Below are positions 1 through 8,128 of a DNA stretch of 25,147 nucleotides, one piece after another; position 1 is the stretch's first letter, and the number at the start of each line of letters is the position of its first letter. A program made the position numbers and the translations under genes. Below the pieces are notes generated by a model. It did not search any database. It worked only from the letters and a program-made list of their open reading frames with translations, and was not told the origin of the DNA. This DNA is from a virus (lineage: Duplodnaviria > Caudoviricetes). Where the stretch lies: positions 1-25,147 of the IMG/VR virus record IMGVR_UViG_3300034101_002498. One strand, written 5' to 3'.

Positions 1-1
1 C

Positions 2-532
2 TCGTTTTGAAGGTCGAGGGATAGACCAGTGAACGCACCCGCACCGGACCACAATCTTTCCGTGTTTCTTCTCAAGGCGTTCCCCAGTCCAACCATCGAG
101 GATATGGACCTGTCGGGTTCCAGCGGTGCCAATCTCGTCGTGGTGAGCCCCTTTATGCCGCGCTTTTAACCCTGCAAAGGAGCACTCTAGCTCTGGTCCT
201 AACTCATTCGGGAGAATCGCAACCGCCCAGTTTTGGGTATCGCTTTCAGGCTTCCAGACAAACCCGCGCTTAGGTCCATCAACTGGGTTCCGAGCCCCAC
301 ATTTGACTTCTAAGGGCTCTTTGTTTTCAACGAGTACAATCGGGCTAGGAGTTGGTGTCGGTGCTACTGTCGGGGCAACTAGGGGCTCTATCGTCGGCGT
401 GGCACTCGGTGCAACCGATGGCTCGGCAGAATTCTTGGAGTGACGTTGAATCGCACTTAAGACCTGTTCGGCCACTTTCAGATGCTCTGCCGAACAAGCG
501 GTTAGAAGTATCAGGGGAATCAGTTTTTTCAT
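2..532 (-). CDS. Putative lipoprotein, 3'-partial (runs off window edge); not in supplied ORF track
   Basis: Manual translation from ATG at 532 gives MKKLIPLILLTAC-SAEHLKVAEQ...; basic N-terminus, hydrophobic core and lipobox LTA|C, then a Pro/Thr-rich linker (EPSVAPSATPTIEPLVAPTVAPTPTPSP) and a Cys-containing domain (KCGARNPVDGPKRGFVWKPESD...VVRCGCVHWSIPRPSKR). Open for 177 codons to the window end; AGAGG lies upstream. Confidence 0.8.
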   Translation of the reverse strand, partial: MKKLIPLILLTACSAEHLKVAEQVLSAIQRHSKNSAEPSVAPSATPTIEPLVAPTVAPTPTPSPIVLVENKEPLEVKCGARNPVDGPKRGFVWKPESDTQNWAVAILPNELGPELECSFAGLKARHKGAHHDEIGTAGTRQVHILDGWTGERLEKKHGKIVVRCGCVHWSIPRPSKR

Positions 533-550
533 CGCTTTTGCCTCTAAAAC

Positions 551-636
551 CCCTCCCCTCACCTCTCGGGGGACCCTCTCCACCCACTTTTTGACTAAAT
601 CCGAGCCAGAAAGGAGCGGGAGAGGGTAGGGGAGAG
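551..636 (-). promoter_or_regulatory. Structured intergenic RNA element (long hairpin / three-way junction) upstream of the lipoprotein gene
   Basis: Minus-strand CUCUCCCCU (636-628) pairs with AGGGGAGGG (559-551); ACCCUCUCC (627-619) pairs with GGAGAGGGU (581-573); inner stem UUUCUGGCU/AGUCAAAAA; short GAGA-loop hairpin. Most imperfections are G-U wobbles on the minus strand only. Confidence 0.5.
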
Positions 637-693
637 TTACTTCTTGCCACCCTTGCCGCTTTTTTTACCGCCTTTCTTTCCGCCGCACGCCAT
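637..693 (-). CDS. 18-aa Lys/Gly-rich basic micropeptide MACGGKKGGKKSGKGGKK; not in supplied ORF track
   Basis: AGGAGG-CTTT-ATG immediately after the stop of the upstream 60-aa gene; TAA stop at 637-639; same strand and tight packing as the operon. Confidence 0.65.
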   Translation of the reverse strand: MACGGKKGGKKSGKGGKK

Positions 694-701
694 AAAGCCT
701 C

Positions 702-884
702 CTATTTTTTGCTTGAGAAAAACTGAACCAATTTCAAAATAGTTCCGACTAGTGCCAGGACCAGCCCGATTGGCTCACCGACTCCGATGAGATTCGCGGG
801 TAGGTCAATCGTCTGAGCGAGAGACAGAAGCCCTGCACTTGATGCGAAACTGGCATTTGCTACTGCATTTGTTTTATCTGACAT
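702..884 (-). CDS. Small membrane protein, possible holin
   Basis: 60 aa with hydrophobic segments (ASFASSAGLLSLA; PIGLVLALVGTILKLVQFF) and a basic C-terminus SSKK; overlaps the end of the endolysin gene. Confidence 0.5.
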   Translation of the reverse strand: MSDKTNAVANASFASSAGLLSLAQTIDLPANLIGVGEPIGLVLALVGTILKLVQFFSSKK

Positions 885-1317
885 AAATCCCCGTTCTCAT
901 CATTTCAGCTAATCTGCGGGCGCGTTTCCCTGTTTGCTTCGCCCACCTTGAGTTTAGCATGTGATCGGCGGCCTCTGCCCATTTTTTTTCTCTGACGGCG
1001 GCAAGGGTATCGGTAAACTTGGCAAAGCCTCCGGCACCCATCTGGAAGACCATCGAGGTCAAAACATCTTGTCTCACTTCGTCCATCTCGCCCCAAACTG
1101 GACCAACTACTTTCTCAGCGGAGCCTTGGGATTTCGCGATATCGTGTCTTAGCTGAACAAAGATGGCTTGATCACAAAGGCCGTTTGCTTCTAGATTAAA
1201 ACCCACGCCGATGGTAAGCTTCCCCCGCGGACAGGTGTACATACGATTGTGGAACCCCTCATCTCGTATGAGCATCTTCATCAACGGCGTGTTCTCTAAC
1301 GATTTCAAATCGGCCAT
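874..1317 (-). CDS. Endolysin, T4-lysozyme-like (GH24) muramidase
   Basis: DEG-x5-YTC-PRGKLTIGVGFNL matches the E-x8-D/C-x5-T triad (E20, C29, T35); also MVFQMG, KF and SRWAKQTGKRARRL motifs typical of T4-type lysozymes. Confidence 0.9.
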   Translation of the reverse strand: MADLKSLENTPLMKMLIRDEGFHNRMYTCPRGKLTIGVGFNLEANGLCDQAIFVQLRHDIAKSQGSAEKVVGPVWGEMDEVRQDVLTSMVFQMGAGGFAKFTDTLAAVREKKWAEAADHMLNSRWAKQTGKRARRLAEMMRTGIYVR

Positions 1318-1645
1318 TTTTCATCCCTGCTGAGTATCCTAAAAGGTTAAGAATCAATAGCGTCACGGCAAGCGTAAAGCCCCCGACTTGTATCAAGTGC
1401 GCTGGTCGATGGCTCTGAATCGCTTGTGTTGTGAGTGACGTTATCTGCGAGATTAACGCGCTCTGGCGAGTCTCGATAGCGGCTAAGTCCGAGCGAATCT
1501 CAGCAACCGATTGAGCCTGTAACGTCAAACTCGTGGGCAAGGTGGAAAGAGCGGTCACATTCCGCGTGAGTTCGACAATCGCCTCAGTCTGAGTCCGAAG
1601 GTGCTCGACAACATCGCATAGGTTTACCCGCTCTTCCTCGGTCAT
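1259..1645 (-). CDS. Coiled-coil protein with C-terminal transmembrane helix (holin/XhlA-like lysis accessory candidate)
   Basis: N-terminal heptad pattern, a single hydrophobic segment VGGFTLAVTLLILNLLGYSAG; lies between tail fibre and endolysin. Confidence 0.5.
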   Translation of the reverse strand: MTEEERVNLCDVVEHLRTQTEAIVELTRNVTALSTLPTSLTLQAQSVAEIRSDLAAIETRQSALISQITSLTTQAIQSHRPAHLIQVGGFTLAVTLLILNLLGYSAGMKNGRFEIVREHAVDEDAHTR

Positions 1646-2899
1646 TTATGCCCCCTCTAATGCAGCAATTCTAGCCTCCAATGATTCAACCGTTAAGCTG
1701 AGTTCTTTGACGGCTTGAACAAGCACGGGAATCAAACGGCTGTAATCCATCGCTAGTTTTGTGAGGGTAGGATCTTCTCCTTGAATAACTTCTTTTGTGT
1801 CGTAAACTGCTTCGGGAATAATGCTAATTACTTCTTGAGCTATAAATCCAAGCTGCGGTGTGGCTGGGTCGGCTTTATATTTGAACGAGCAAGGTTCTAG
1901 TTGCGTTATTTCATTCAACCCATAATGAAGAGGGGACACATCTTCTTTTAACCGAATATCCGAAGTTTGGGTTCCAACAATCGTCCCTCCTGTTGTTCCT
2001 ATATTGGATTCAGAAGTTGATGTCCTCAAAACATCCGTGTTGTCGTGCCATAAACTATTAAATTGCCCGTCTTCGGCTTGAAGTCTTACCGCTCCACATG
2101 CATCGGTAATTCCTGAGTGCTTGTAAGCAAGGATCTGAGCCCATCGCGTATTCGAGCCGACTTTGCCTTGTGCGACCACATCCGCAAACTCAGTATCGGC
2201 AATGCTATCGCTTGCTACTTTTAACCGATGAGATCCGCTCGGCTTGTAAAAGTACTCTTGAGTAATGGCAGGCAAGCCATCATCAGTATTTGTCCCGACG
2301 AGAAGATTGCCACCGGACGTAACCCGAGCCCGTTCTATTGCCGAAGTAAAAAGGGTAATCGCACTCGCATCTGAACCATAAAGGCTAAGGGTACCTGTCC
2401 CGCGATGGACTAATTCAGAATTTGCGTTCGCGCCGCCACCACGAATGAAGCGACACCCATAATCTGAATAGGTGGTATCTCCGATAAGATCGACGTAAGC
2501 ATTTCCGGAGCCTGTTCGCCCTTCCCCGATGTTTATAGAGCAATCTTGCGTAGTCGTCGCCGCAGATCCGATGGTAATACCTGCTGCGGCATTGGTTACG
2601 TTTAATGATCCAGTTGAAAGAGAAGTGTTAATCTGGCCAAGCGTTGCATACTGGTCCGATGCTGTGGCACTCCCAACGCCCGTATGCTTAAACCCCGCCA
2701 TAGGCTGATTGCCCGTAGCCGCCTTAGAGCCGTTTGCCTTGACACAATCGGTCAACGCTGTGGCCACGTCATTCATCTCGGCATCGTGCTCTGTTGCGGA
2801 GATTATAGGGTTAGCTTGCGCTGCTCTTTGAGTCCAGAGTGTGCTTCCGCTCAAAGTGCCGTTAGTTCTTGTGTAGTTTCCGCTGCCGTCAAAGCCCAT
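1646..2899 (-). CDS. Tail fibre/spike with C-terminal intramolecular chaperone (Peptidase S74 domain)
   Basis: N-terminal virion-anchor-like segment (MGFDGSGNYTR...EMNDVATALTDCV...MAGFKHTGVG); C-terminal TSDIRLKEDV...GFIAQEV...DYSRLIPVLVQAVKEL plus coiled coil; AGGAG RBS. Confidence 0.9.
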   Translation of the reverse strand: MGFDGSGNYTRTNGTLSGSTLWTQRAAQANPIISATEHDAEMNDVATALTDCVKANGSKAATGNQPMAGFKHTGVGSATASDQYATLGQINTSLSTGSLNVTNAAAGITIGSAATTTQDCSINIGEGRTGSGNAYVDLIGDTTYSDYGCRFIRGGGANANSELVHRGTGTLSLYGSDASAITLFTSAIERARVTSGGNLLVGTNTDDGLPAITQEYFYKPSGSHRLKVASDSIADTEFADVVAQGKVGSNTRWAQILAYKHSGITDACGAVRLQAEDGQFNSLWHDNTDVLRTSTSESNIGTTGGTIVGTQTSDIRLKEDVSPLHYGLNEITQLEPCSFKYKADPATPQLGFIAQEVISIIPEAVYDTKEVIQGEDPTLTKLAMDYSRLIPVLVQAVKELSLTVESLEARIAALEGA

Positions 2900-2924
2900 T
2901 TTGTTCTCCTATTTACGCAACTTT

Positions 2925-5102
2925 TTATTCTTCGGCTGTTAATCTCGATAGCCCGCTAGCTGACAATGCTGTGCTTAGTTCTTTTTGAATATAGCTATTA
3001 AACAAACTATCAATCTTTTTACGTCCAGCTTTGGTCTTTTGAAGATCGCGTAAAAACATCTGACTTGCTTTTAGCTTTGTCACTGCATCGTCGCCTTGGC
3101 TAAACAAGTACTTAGCAATCTCTTTATCTGTAATAGGGTTATTCTTTGTTCCAAGAACGCTCTTTGCAGTATCAACTATCCAGCTTCGGACTCCACGCCT
3201 ACCCGCAACGAAGTTCAAAAAGCTGTCAACGTTATCGGCAATCGTTGTTTCGTTTAACTCTCGAATCTGTCTTGCCATCTCCTGCCGTGGCTGAGTAGGC
3301 GACCCTCCTAATATTTTGTTTTTGAATTTAACAAAGTCAGTTAGCCGCCTTACTTGACCAAGCATCTTTGTGGCGCGTTCCTCTCCAACTAGTGTCACCA
3401 TCTTTTGAAAGCGTTCGTTCCCTTTTTCAAACGGAGCATTAATTAATCGCTGACCTTGTTCTTGGCTGTAAGCTCGTTCAATCGCACCTGCTACTGAGCG
3501 TTTTATCTTATCAACGGCTTCCGTTCCCCCTTGCTTTTCTACAGCGTTTACAATCATCTTAAAGGAATCTGGGTCTACTTCAGAACTCATTAAACGCTCG
3601 CCCGGCTTCCCTAAAGGTCCACCGCTTAGGATGTTTTGAACTTGTTGTTCAACATCCGCACTCATCCCTTTTGCTTCTGGCGCAGCTTCTTTATAGGCTA
3701 ATCTTCTTTCCGGCAAATCGGGATTCCGAGCCACCAATTCATCCTCAATAGTCTTAAGGAGCTTCCTCCCTGGAATATCTGCAATTTTTATTTGCGTTTC
3801 TTCTAGGTATTTCCGAGGGTTCTTTAATGCTTGTTTTAATTGCGAGGCTACTTGGTTTGCAACCTCTTGACTTCTAATATCTGGAGCCGCTTCCCCCTTC
3901 GGATACGTTGTAGCAATATAATTGCTGGCAAGAGATTGATAAGTAGGATCTTCTGATGCCCGTGTAATTTCAGGAGAAAATTCAATCTTTGGTGGCAATG
4001 CTTCCTGTCTGTATGGTTGATTTATCCCAAACTGACGGGGAACCTCTTCTTGTCCATATTCATTAACAACGCGATAAGGGACTTCTTCCTTAAATGCTCC
4101 CTGATAGATTTCTTTGCCGCGGGCTGATAGTGCCTGTTGCCCTTTTTGTAATGTTTCTTCAAGAGCTTCATACCCTTCTCGCTGAGATGGTAAAAAGCCT
4201 TCTGATTTACCCAATGGCTCCATAATCATGCCCATTTGCTGATTAAGAGTCTCAGGCGATGTCCGACCTTCTAATGCCTGAGTAGCAATTTCAAGCCCTG
4301 CTGGTCCTTGAGCATACGTTCCAGCGATGCCTTGAGTAACTGGCCCTAGTGATTCGGCAACGGTCTCCATCCCGCCTTGTCCGGCTTCTGCTGCTAATCT
4401 TTGTGACTCGATAGCTTGTTGAATCTTTTCGGGTGTCATGCCCGCCACTTCTTCCTTGCCGAGCGTTTCAACTATCTGTTGTTCGCCCCGAGATAGAACG
4501 GTATCTGGCATCTTTGTATTTGGAATCCCAATCTTTGAGCCTAAATACGAAGGTAGTCCAGTTCGACTAAGACCACTGCCCAATGCCATCATTCCACCAG
4601 CACCAGCCGCTTCGACTCCGCCACTTAAAATACGTGCGACCATATCCGCCTCGGGGCTAGGTCTGGAAGAACCTTTTACAAACGATTCAAGTAAGTTAGT
4701 AATAACCGGAGACCTTAAAGCAGCTTCGCCTAGCGATCCGGCCCTTTTATAAATGCCCATAGGAGTAAAAGCCCCAAGAGCTTCATACCCTAATGCAGTT
4801 TTTGGATTTTCTTGCCGATACTGATTTGCAAGACTTCTTAGGTCAGACGCCTCAACATTTGGGATAAGCCCTGCTAGTGCATCAAGAGTGTAATCGCCCA
4901 CTGGAGAAAACGCGCTTCCCATTGCAAGGATATTGCCCGCAAAATCTTTACTTCTTTCCGTGGCCCAATCCTGTATCCCTGAAAGATACCCAGTGTCTTG
5001 TAAAACGTCATTAACTTTAACGTCCCCAAATACTTCTTCCCGCGATAGGTTAATTTCTTTTATTGTGCCATCTGGTAATTGAAGAAATTGTTTTTCAGCC
5101 AT
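2925..5102 (-). CDS. Probable DNA-ejection / internal virion protein (large)
   Basis: 725 aa, helical, Ala/Gly-rich hydrophobic stretch (LSGGVEAAGAGGMMALGSGL), ILGGSPT motif near the C-terminus; located between tail stabilisation protein and tail fibre; TAATG coupling to the upstream gene. Confidence 0.6.
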   Translation of the reverse strand: MAEKQFLQLPDGTIKEINLSREEVFGDVKVNDVLQDTGYLSGIQDWATERSKDFAGNILAMGSAFSPVGDYTLDALAGLIPNVEASDLRSLANQYRQENPKTALGYEALGAFTPMGIYKRAGSLGEAALRSPVITNLLESFVKGSSRPSPEADMVARILSGGVEAAGAGGMMALGSGLSRTGLPSYLGSKIGIPNTKMPDTVLSRGEQQIVETLGKEEVAGMTPEKIQQAIESQRLAAEAGQGGMETVAESLGPVTQGIAGTYAQGPAGLEIATQALEGRTSPETLNQQMGMIMEPLGKSEGFLPSQREGYEALEETLQKGQQALSARGKEIYQGAFKEEVPYRVVNEYGQEEVPRQFGINQPYRQEALPPKIEFSPEITRASEDPTYQSLASNYIATTYPKGEAAPDIRSQEVANQVASQLKQALKNPRKYLEETQIKIADIPGRKLLKTIEDELVARNPDLPERRLAYKEAAPEAKGMSADVEQQVQNILSGGPLGKPGERLMSSEVDPDSFKMIVNAVEKQGGTEAVDKIKRSVAGAIERAYSQEQGQRLINAPFEKGNERFQKMVTLVGEERATKMLGQVRRLTDFVKFKNKILGGSPTQPRQEMARQIRELNETTIADNVDSFLNFVAGRRGVRSWIVDTAKSVLGTKNNPITDKEIAKYLFSQGDDAVTKLKASQMFLRDLQKTKAGRKKIDSLFNSYIQKELSTALSASGLSRLTAEE

Positions 5103-7033
5103 TAGGGTCTCCTAAGCATTTTTGTCCCAAATGGAACGCCAAGCTTGTTTGCAGTAACAAGGTCCAATACGCCATTGTCAGGGTCGCCGTTCCAATACTT
5201 ATTGAAACTTGTATTTCTTATCTTTTTATTACGGTCTTCTATTAATTGGAGGGCGACGACTTGGGCTGCCTCTTCAGACTTTTGATAATAATCACGCGCT
5301 AATTTTGCATAATCTTCAATTCTTTTTTTTGCTTCAGGTGGCAAATCAACGCTTCTGCCTAACCAGCTATTTGCATAGGCCAGCATCTCATCTTTTTTAG
5401 TTACAACGCCCCGCATGAATGATTCTCTATCACCTTTTTGCACTACGGAATCATCAAGGCTACGGATAAACTCGGTAATCGCTCCATTTGTCGCGGCAGG
5501 GTTGTTTTGGGCAAAAGCTTGTTTTAATTTCCCGTAAGCGTCTTCTGCCAAATCGTACTTGGTCTTTTTAGTAATATATTCTGGCGCTATTTTCGCAACA
5601 GCTTCCTCAAACGCGGCTGACTCTTTTAATTGTTTTCCACTCGCGTTAGCCCTAGTGGTCCTACCCATTAATCCTGCTAAAGGGTTGCGGGTTGCTTCAG
5701 GTGTTGCGGTTGCAGTTGGCGTTGCTTGTACTGCAAGGGGTTGGGTTGTTGTTTGAGTTGTAGGTAACTTACTAATGCCTTGTTGATACGAGTTTATTTC
5801 GTCTGCACTAAGCCCTAGTTGCTGAAGAGCGTCCACGGCTTGCTGTTGAGTTGTCGCTGTTATCGGGGTTCCTTGCTGTGCTGCTGGTGGCGCAAATTGT
5901 TGGCCGCTTCTAAGTTGCTGTTGTAATTGATTGTTCCGAGCAAGTAGCGCCTTTCTTCGGCTGTCTAAATTAGCAAAAGCCGTTTCTACCTCCTTTTCAT
6001 CTGCATCTGTTTGTGGAAGCAATTTGCCTAACCGATCCATTTCCCGATCGATGTTTTGAATATCCTTATCGTTAAAATTGAACTCTGTGTTAAGCGCAGA
6101 ACGAGTCGACGCTTGGGTTCTTAGTCCCTGTTCTAATGGAAGCATTTCTGTTTGTACGCGAGTTTTTGCGGTTTGCGCTTCTCTGAAAGGGATGGTTGCT
6201 TCCGCCGCTCTTGCGGATGCCTCCATATTTTGAAGCCTAGGCCCTCGCAATTGTCGCTCGGTGGCCGTTCTTTCTTCCTGTAATACGCCTGTTTTTTGCC
6301 GTTGTTCGATTTGGGCTTGTCGGGCTGCCGCTTCTTGCCTTGTTTGTTCTTCCGTTTGCTGTCTTATTTGTTCTAATTGAGGTCGAATGCCTTCAACTGG
6401 CAGTCCCGTTTGAGCTGCAATCTGTTCTGCAATTGTTGGTGGAACGTTACCAATTCCTGGCTTCGCAAAGATATTGGCGGCATTTGTCAATGCGGTTGCT
6501 CGTCGGTCTTGTTCAGCTTTAACTGCCGTGCGTTCCGCATCCTGCATCTTCGTCCCCAGTTCGAGGATCTGACTTGCTTGGTTCGGATACTTGTTCATCA
6601 ATCCGAACAATGCCGCCGATTTCGATTGTGGCGCTGGGGGAGGGACGATTCCATCTTCTAATGTTTTGCCAACTAAACTTTCTGGGTATTCCCCTTTCTT
6701 TATTGGCTCTCCTGTATACGTGCCTTTTCCGCCAAGAATAGCCGCTAAATCTTGCCCTAGACCTCGCTTCTCAGAGGCTTGCAATTGAGAACCAGCAATC
6801 TGACCTGCGCCACCAAGAAGCCCTGCAAGTAGGTTAAAACGGTTTGCCTTGCGAATATCCTCATCAAGAGCCCCTGCGCCTGGGACCATCTCTACTCGCG
6901 AGGCAAGTTTACCGACTCCTTCGAGAATAGAGCCCCAATCAAGGTAACTACTGGACGGTGCAGAAGAGCCACCGCCCCCAAACAGAGACGAGCCTACGTT
7001 GATGATAGTTGGTATCCAATCTGCGATGCCCAT
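5102..7033 (-). CDS. Probable DNA-ejection / internal virion protein
   Basis: 643 aa, Gly-rich amphipathic N-terminus, Gln/Ala coiled coils, FIRSLDDSVVQKGD motif resembling LDPxSVVREGE-type segments of podovirus ejection proteins; synteny. Confidence 0.6.
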   Translation of the reverse strand: MGIADWIPTIINVGSSLFGGGGSSAPSSSYLDWGSILEGVGKLASRVEMVPGAGALDEDIRKANRFNLLAGLLGGAGQIAGSQLQASEKRGLGQDLAAILGGKGTYTGEPIKKGEYPESLVGKTLEDGIVPPPAPQSKSAALFGLMNKYPNQASQILELGTKMQDAERTAVKAEQDRRATALTNAANIFAKPGIGNVPPTIAEQIAAQTGLPVEGIRPQLEQIRQQTEEQTRQEAAARQAQIEQRQKTGVLQEERTATERQLRGPRLQNMEASARAAEATIPFREAQTAKTRVQTEMLPLEQGLRTQASTRSALNTEFNFNDKDIQNIDREMDRLGKLLPQTDADEKEVETAFANLDSRRKALLARNNQLQQQLRSGQQFAPPAAQQGTPITATTQQQAVDALQQLGLSADEINSYQQGISKLPTTQTTTQPLAVQATPTATATPEATRNPLAGLMGRTTRANASGKQLKESAAFEEAVAKIAPEYITKKTKYDLAEDAYGKLKQAFAQNNPAATNGAITEFIRSLDDSVVQKGDRESFMRGVVTKKDEMLAYANSWLGRSVDLPPEAKKRIEDYAKLARDYYQKSEEAAQVVALQLIEDRNKKIRNTSFNKYWNGDPDNGVLDLVTANKLGVPFGTKMLRRP

Positions 7034-7036
7034 TGC

Positions 7037-8128
7037 CTAGCTCCTCATTCTGATTTGTGATTCTCTGCTGCCGCCGCGCTCTTCTTTTTCCATAATCTTG
7101 GTGGCTTCTTCAGGGCTTAACCCGAGTCCCGCAATTCCCCTTGACGCGTCGGGTTGACGAATCAAATATTGAAACCGCTCGTTTCTAAGCAACGCCACAC
7201 GATCTGCATATTGTTGAGCCTCTTCGCCTTGTCCTGCTCTTTGCATTGCCGCAATAGCCAATCGGTTCGCCCTTTCTAGGTCTCCCTGTCTTTCGGCTGA
7301 CTTTATTTTTTCTTTTTCAAGTTTTGTCAGAAGTTTGTTGTTTTGGATATCTGACAGTATTCGCTTTTGCTCAAGTTTGTAGGTTTTCTCCCACTGCCTT
7401 TCTGCCGTTCCAATCTTGCGCTCTTCCTGTCCAATCTTGCGCTCTTCCTGAGCCGCACCAACGGCCTGTAGCGTGCGATTAAACTCAGCGGTAGTAGCAC
7501 CCTCGGCGAATTGTCGCGCTTGCTGGCGGGCTTGTGCTGCCTCTACTGCGCGTGATTCTGCAAGGGCTTGCTGTTCGCCTCGATATGCTTGCGAGTCTGG
7601 TGAGATACCTCTATCGGCAAGGTATTGCTCTCGCTGCTGTTGTTCTCGCGCTTGCCGCTCTGCTGCACCAACGGTGATATCGCCTAGCTCCTGCTCGTAC
7701 CGTTGTTGAAACATCTGAGCTAATTCTTGTTGAGTCGGAAGACGGTATCCACCTGTAAGGGCTTGCTGAGTCTGCTCCGCGGTTGGAGTTTGTGTGTATG
7801 GAGCTGGAGCGGTAATAGGGTTTCGCGGTTGTTGCGGTGCCGTCGCAGCAGGAGGCGGGTTTACGGGCTCTGACATTGGAATCCGTATTTGCGCCTGTGG
7901 CACTAACTTGCCGGAGGGGTCCCTATATAGACCAGGTGAGACTCTTGTATAACCCGATGGAGCCTTAAACGTAGATTGAGCTGATGCCGCTTGAGGAACT
8001 GTCGTCGTTGCCGGAGGATTGAACGCTTCCTTTGCTTGCTCATTCGGCTGCCCCATCCTATTGCCTGGATAGTTTGGGTCGCGTGCTGGCTGTGTTGATG
8101 TTCCTGGCATTGTTTTTCTAACGGCCAT
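7037..8128 (-). CDS. Probable DNA-ejection / pilot-like virion protein
   Basis: 363 aa, Pro/Gln-rich N-terminus, LADRGISPDSQAY motif followed by coiled coil, a pattern common in podovirus injection proteins; directly downstream of the gp10-like gene. Confidence 0.55.
   Translation of the reverse strand: MAVRKTMPGTSTQPARDPNYPGNRMGQPNEQAKEAFNPPATTTVPQAASAQSTFKAPSGYTRVSPGLYRDPSGKLVPQAQIRIPMSEPVNPPPAATAPQQPRNPITAPAPYTQTPTAEQTQQALTGGYRLPTQQELAQMFQQRYEQELGDITVGAAERQAREQQQREQYLADRGISPDSQAYRGEQQALAESRAVEAAQARQQARQFAEGATTAEFNRTLQAVGAAQEERKIGQEERKIGTAERQWEKTYKLEQKRILSDIQNNKLLTKLEKEKIKSAERQGDLERANRLAIAAMQRAGQGEEAQQYADRVALLRNERFQYLIRQPDASRGIAGLGLSPEEATKIMEKEERGGSRESQIRMRS
7409..7450. repeat. Perfect 21-nt tandem duplication encoding QEERKIG x2
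   Basis: TCCAATCTTGCGCTCTTCCTG at 7409-7429 and 7430-7450. Confidence 0.9.

Noticed and set aside
345-650. Track ORFs 345..650 (-) and 352..594 (+)
   Set aside because: They overlap the better-supported lipoprotein frame and RNA structure; no RBS or recognisable motifs.
5323-5330. A8 runs on the coding strand (here and 982-989) as programmed frameshift or phase-variation sites
   Set aside because: Explained by Lys codons; ORFs are intact and no useful alternative-frame extension was evident.
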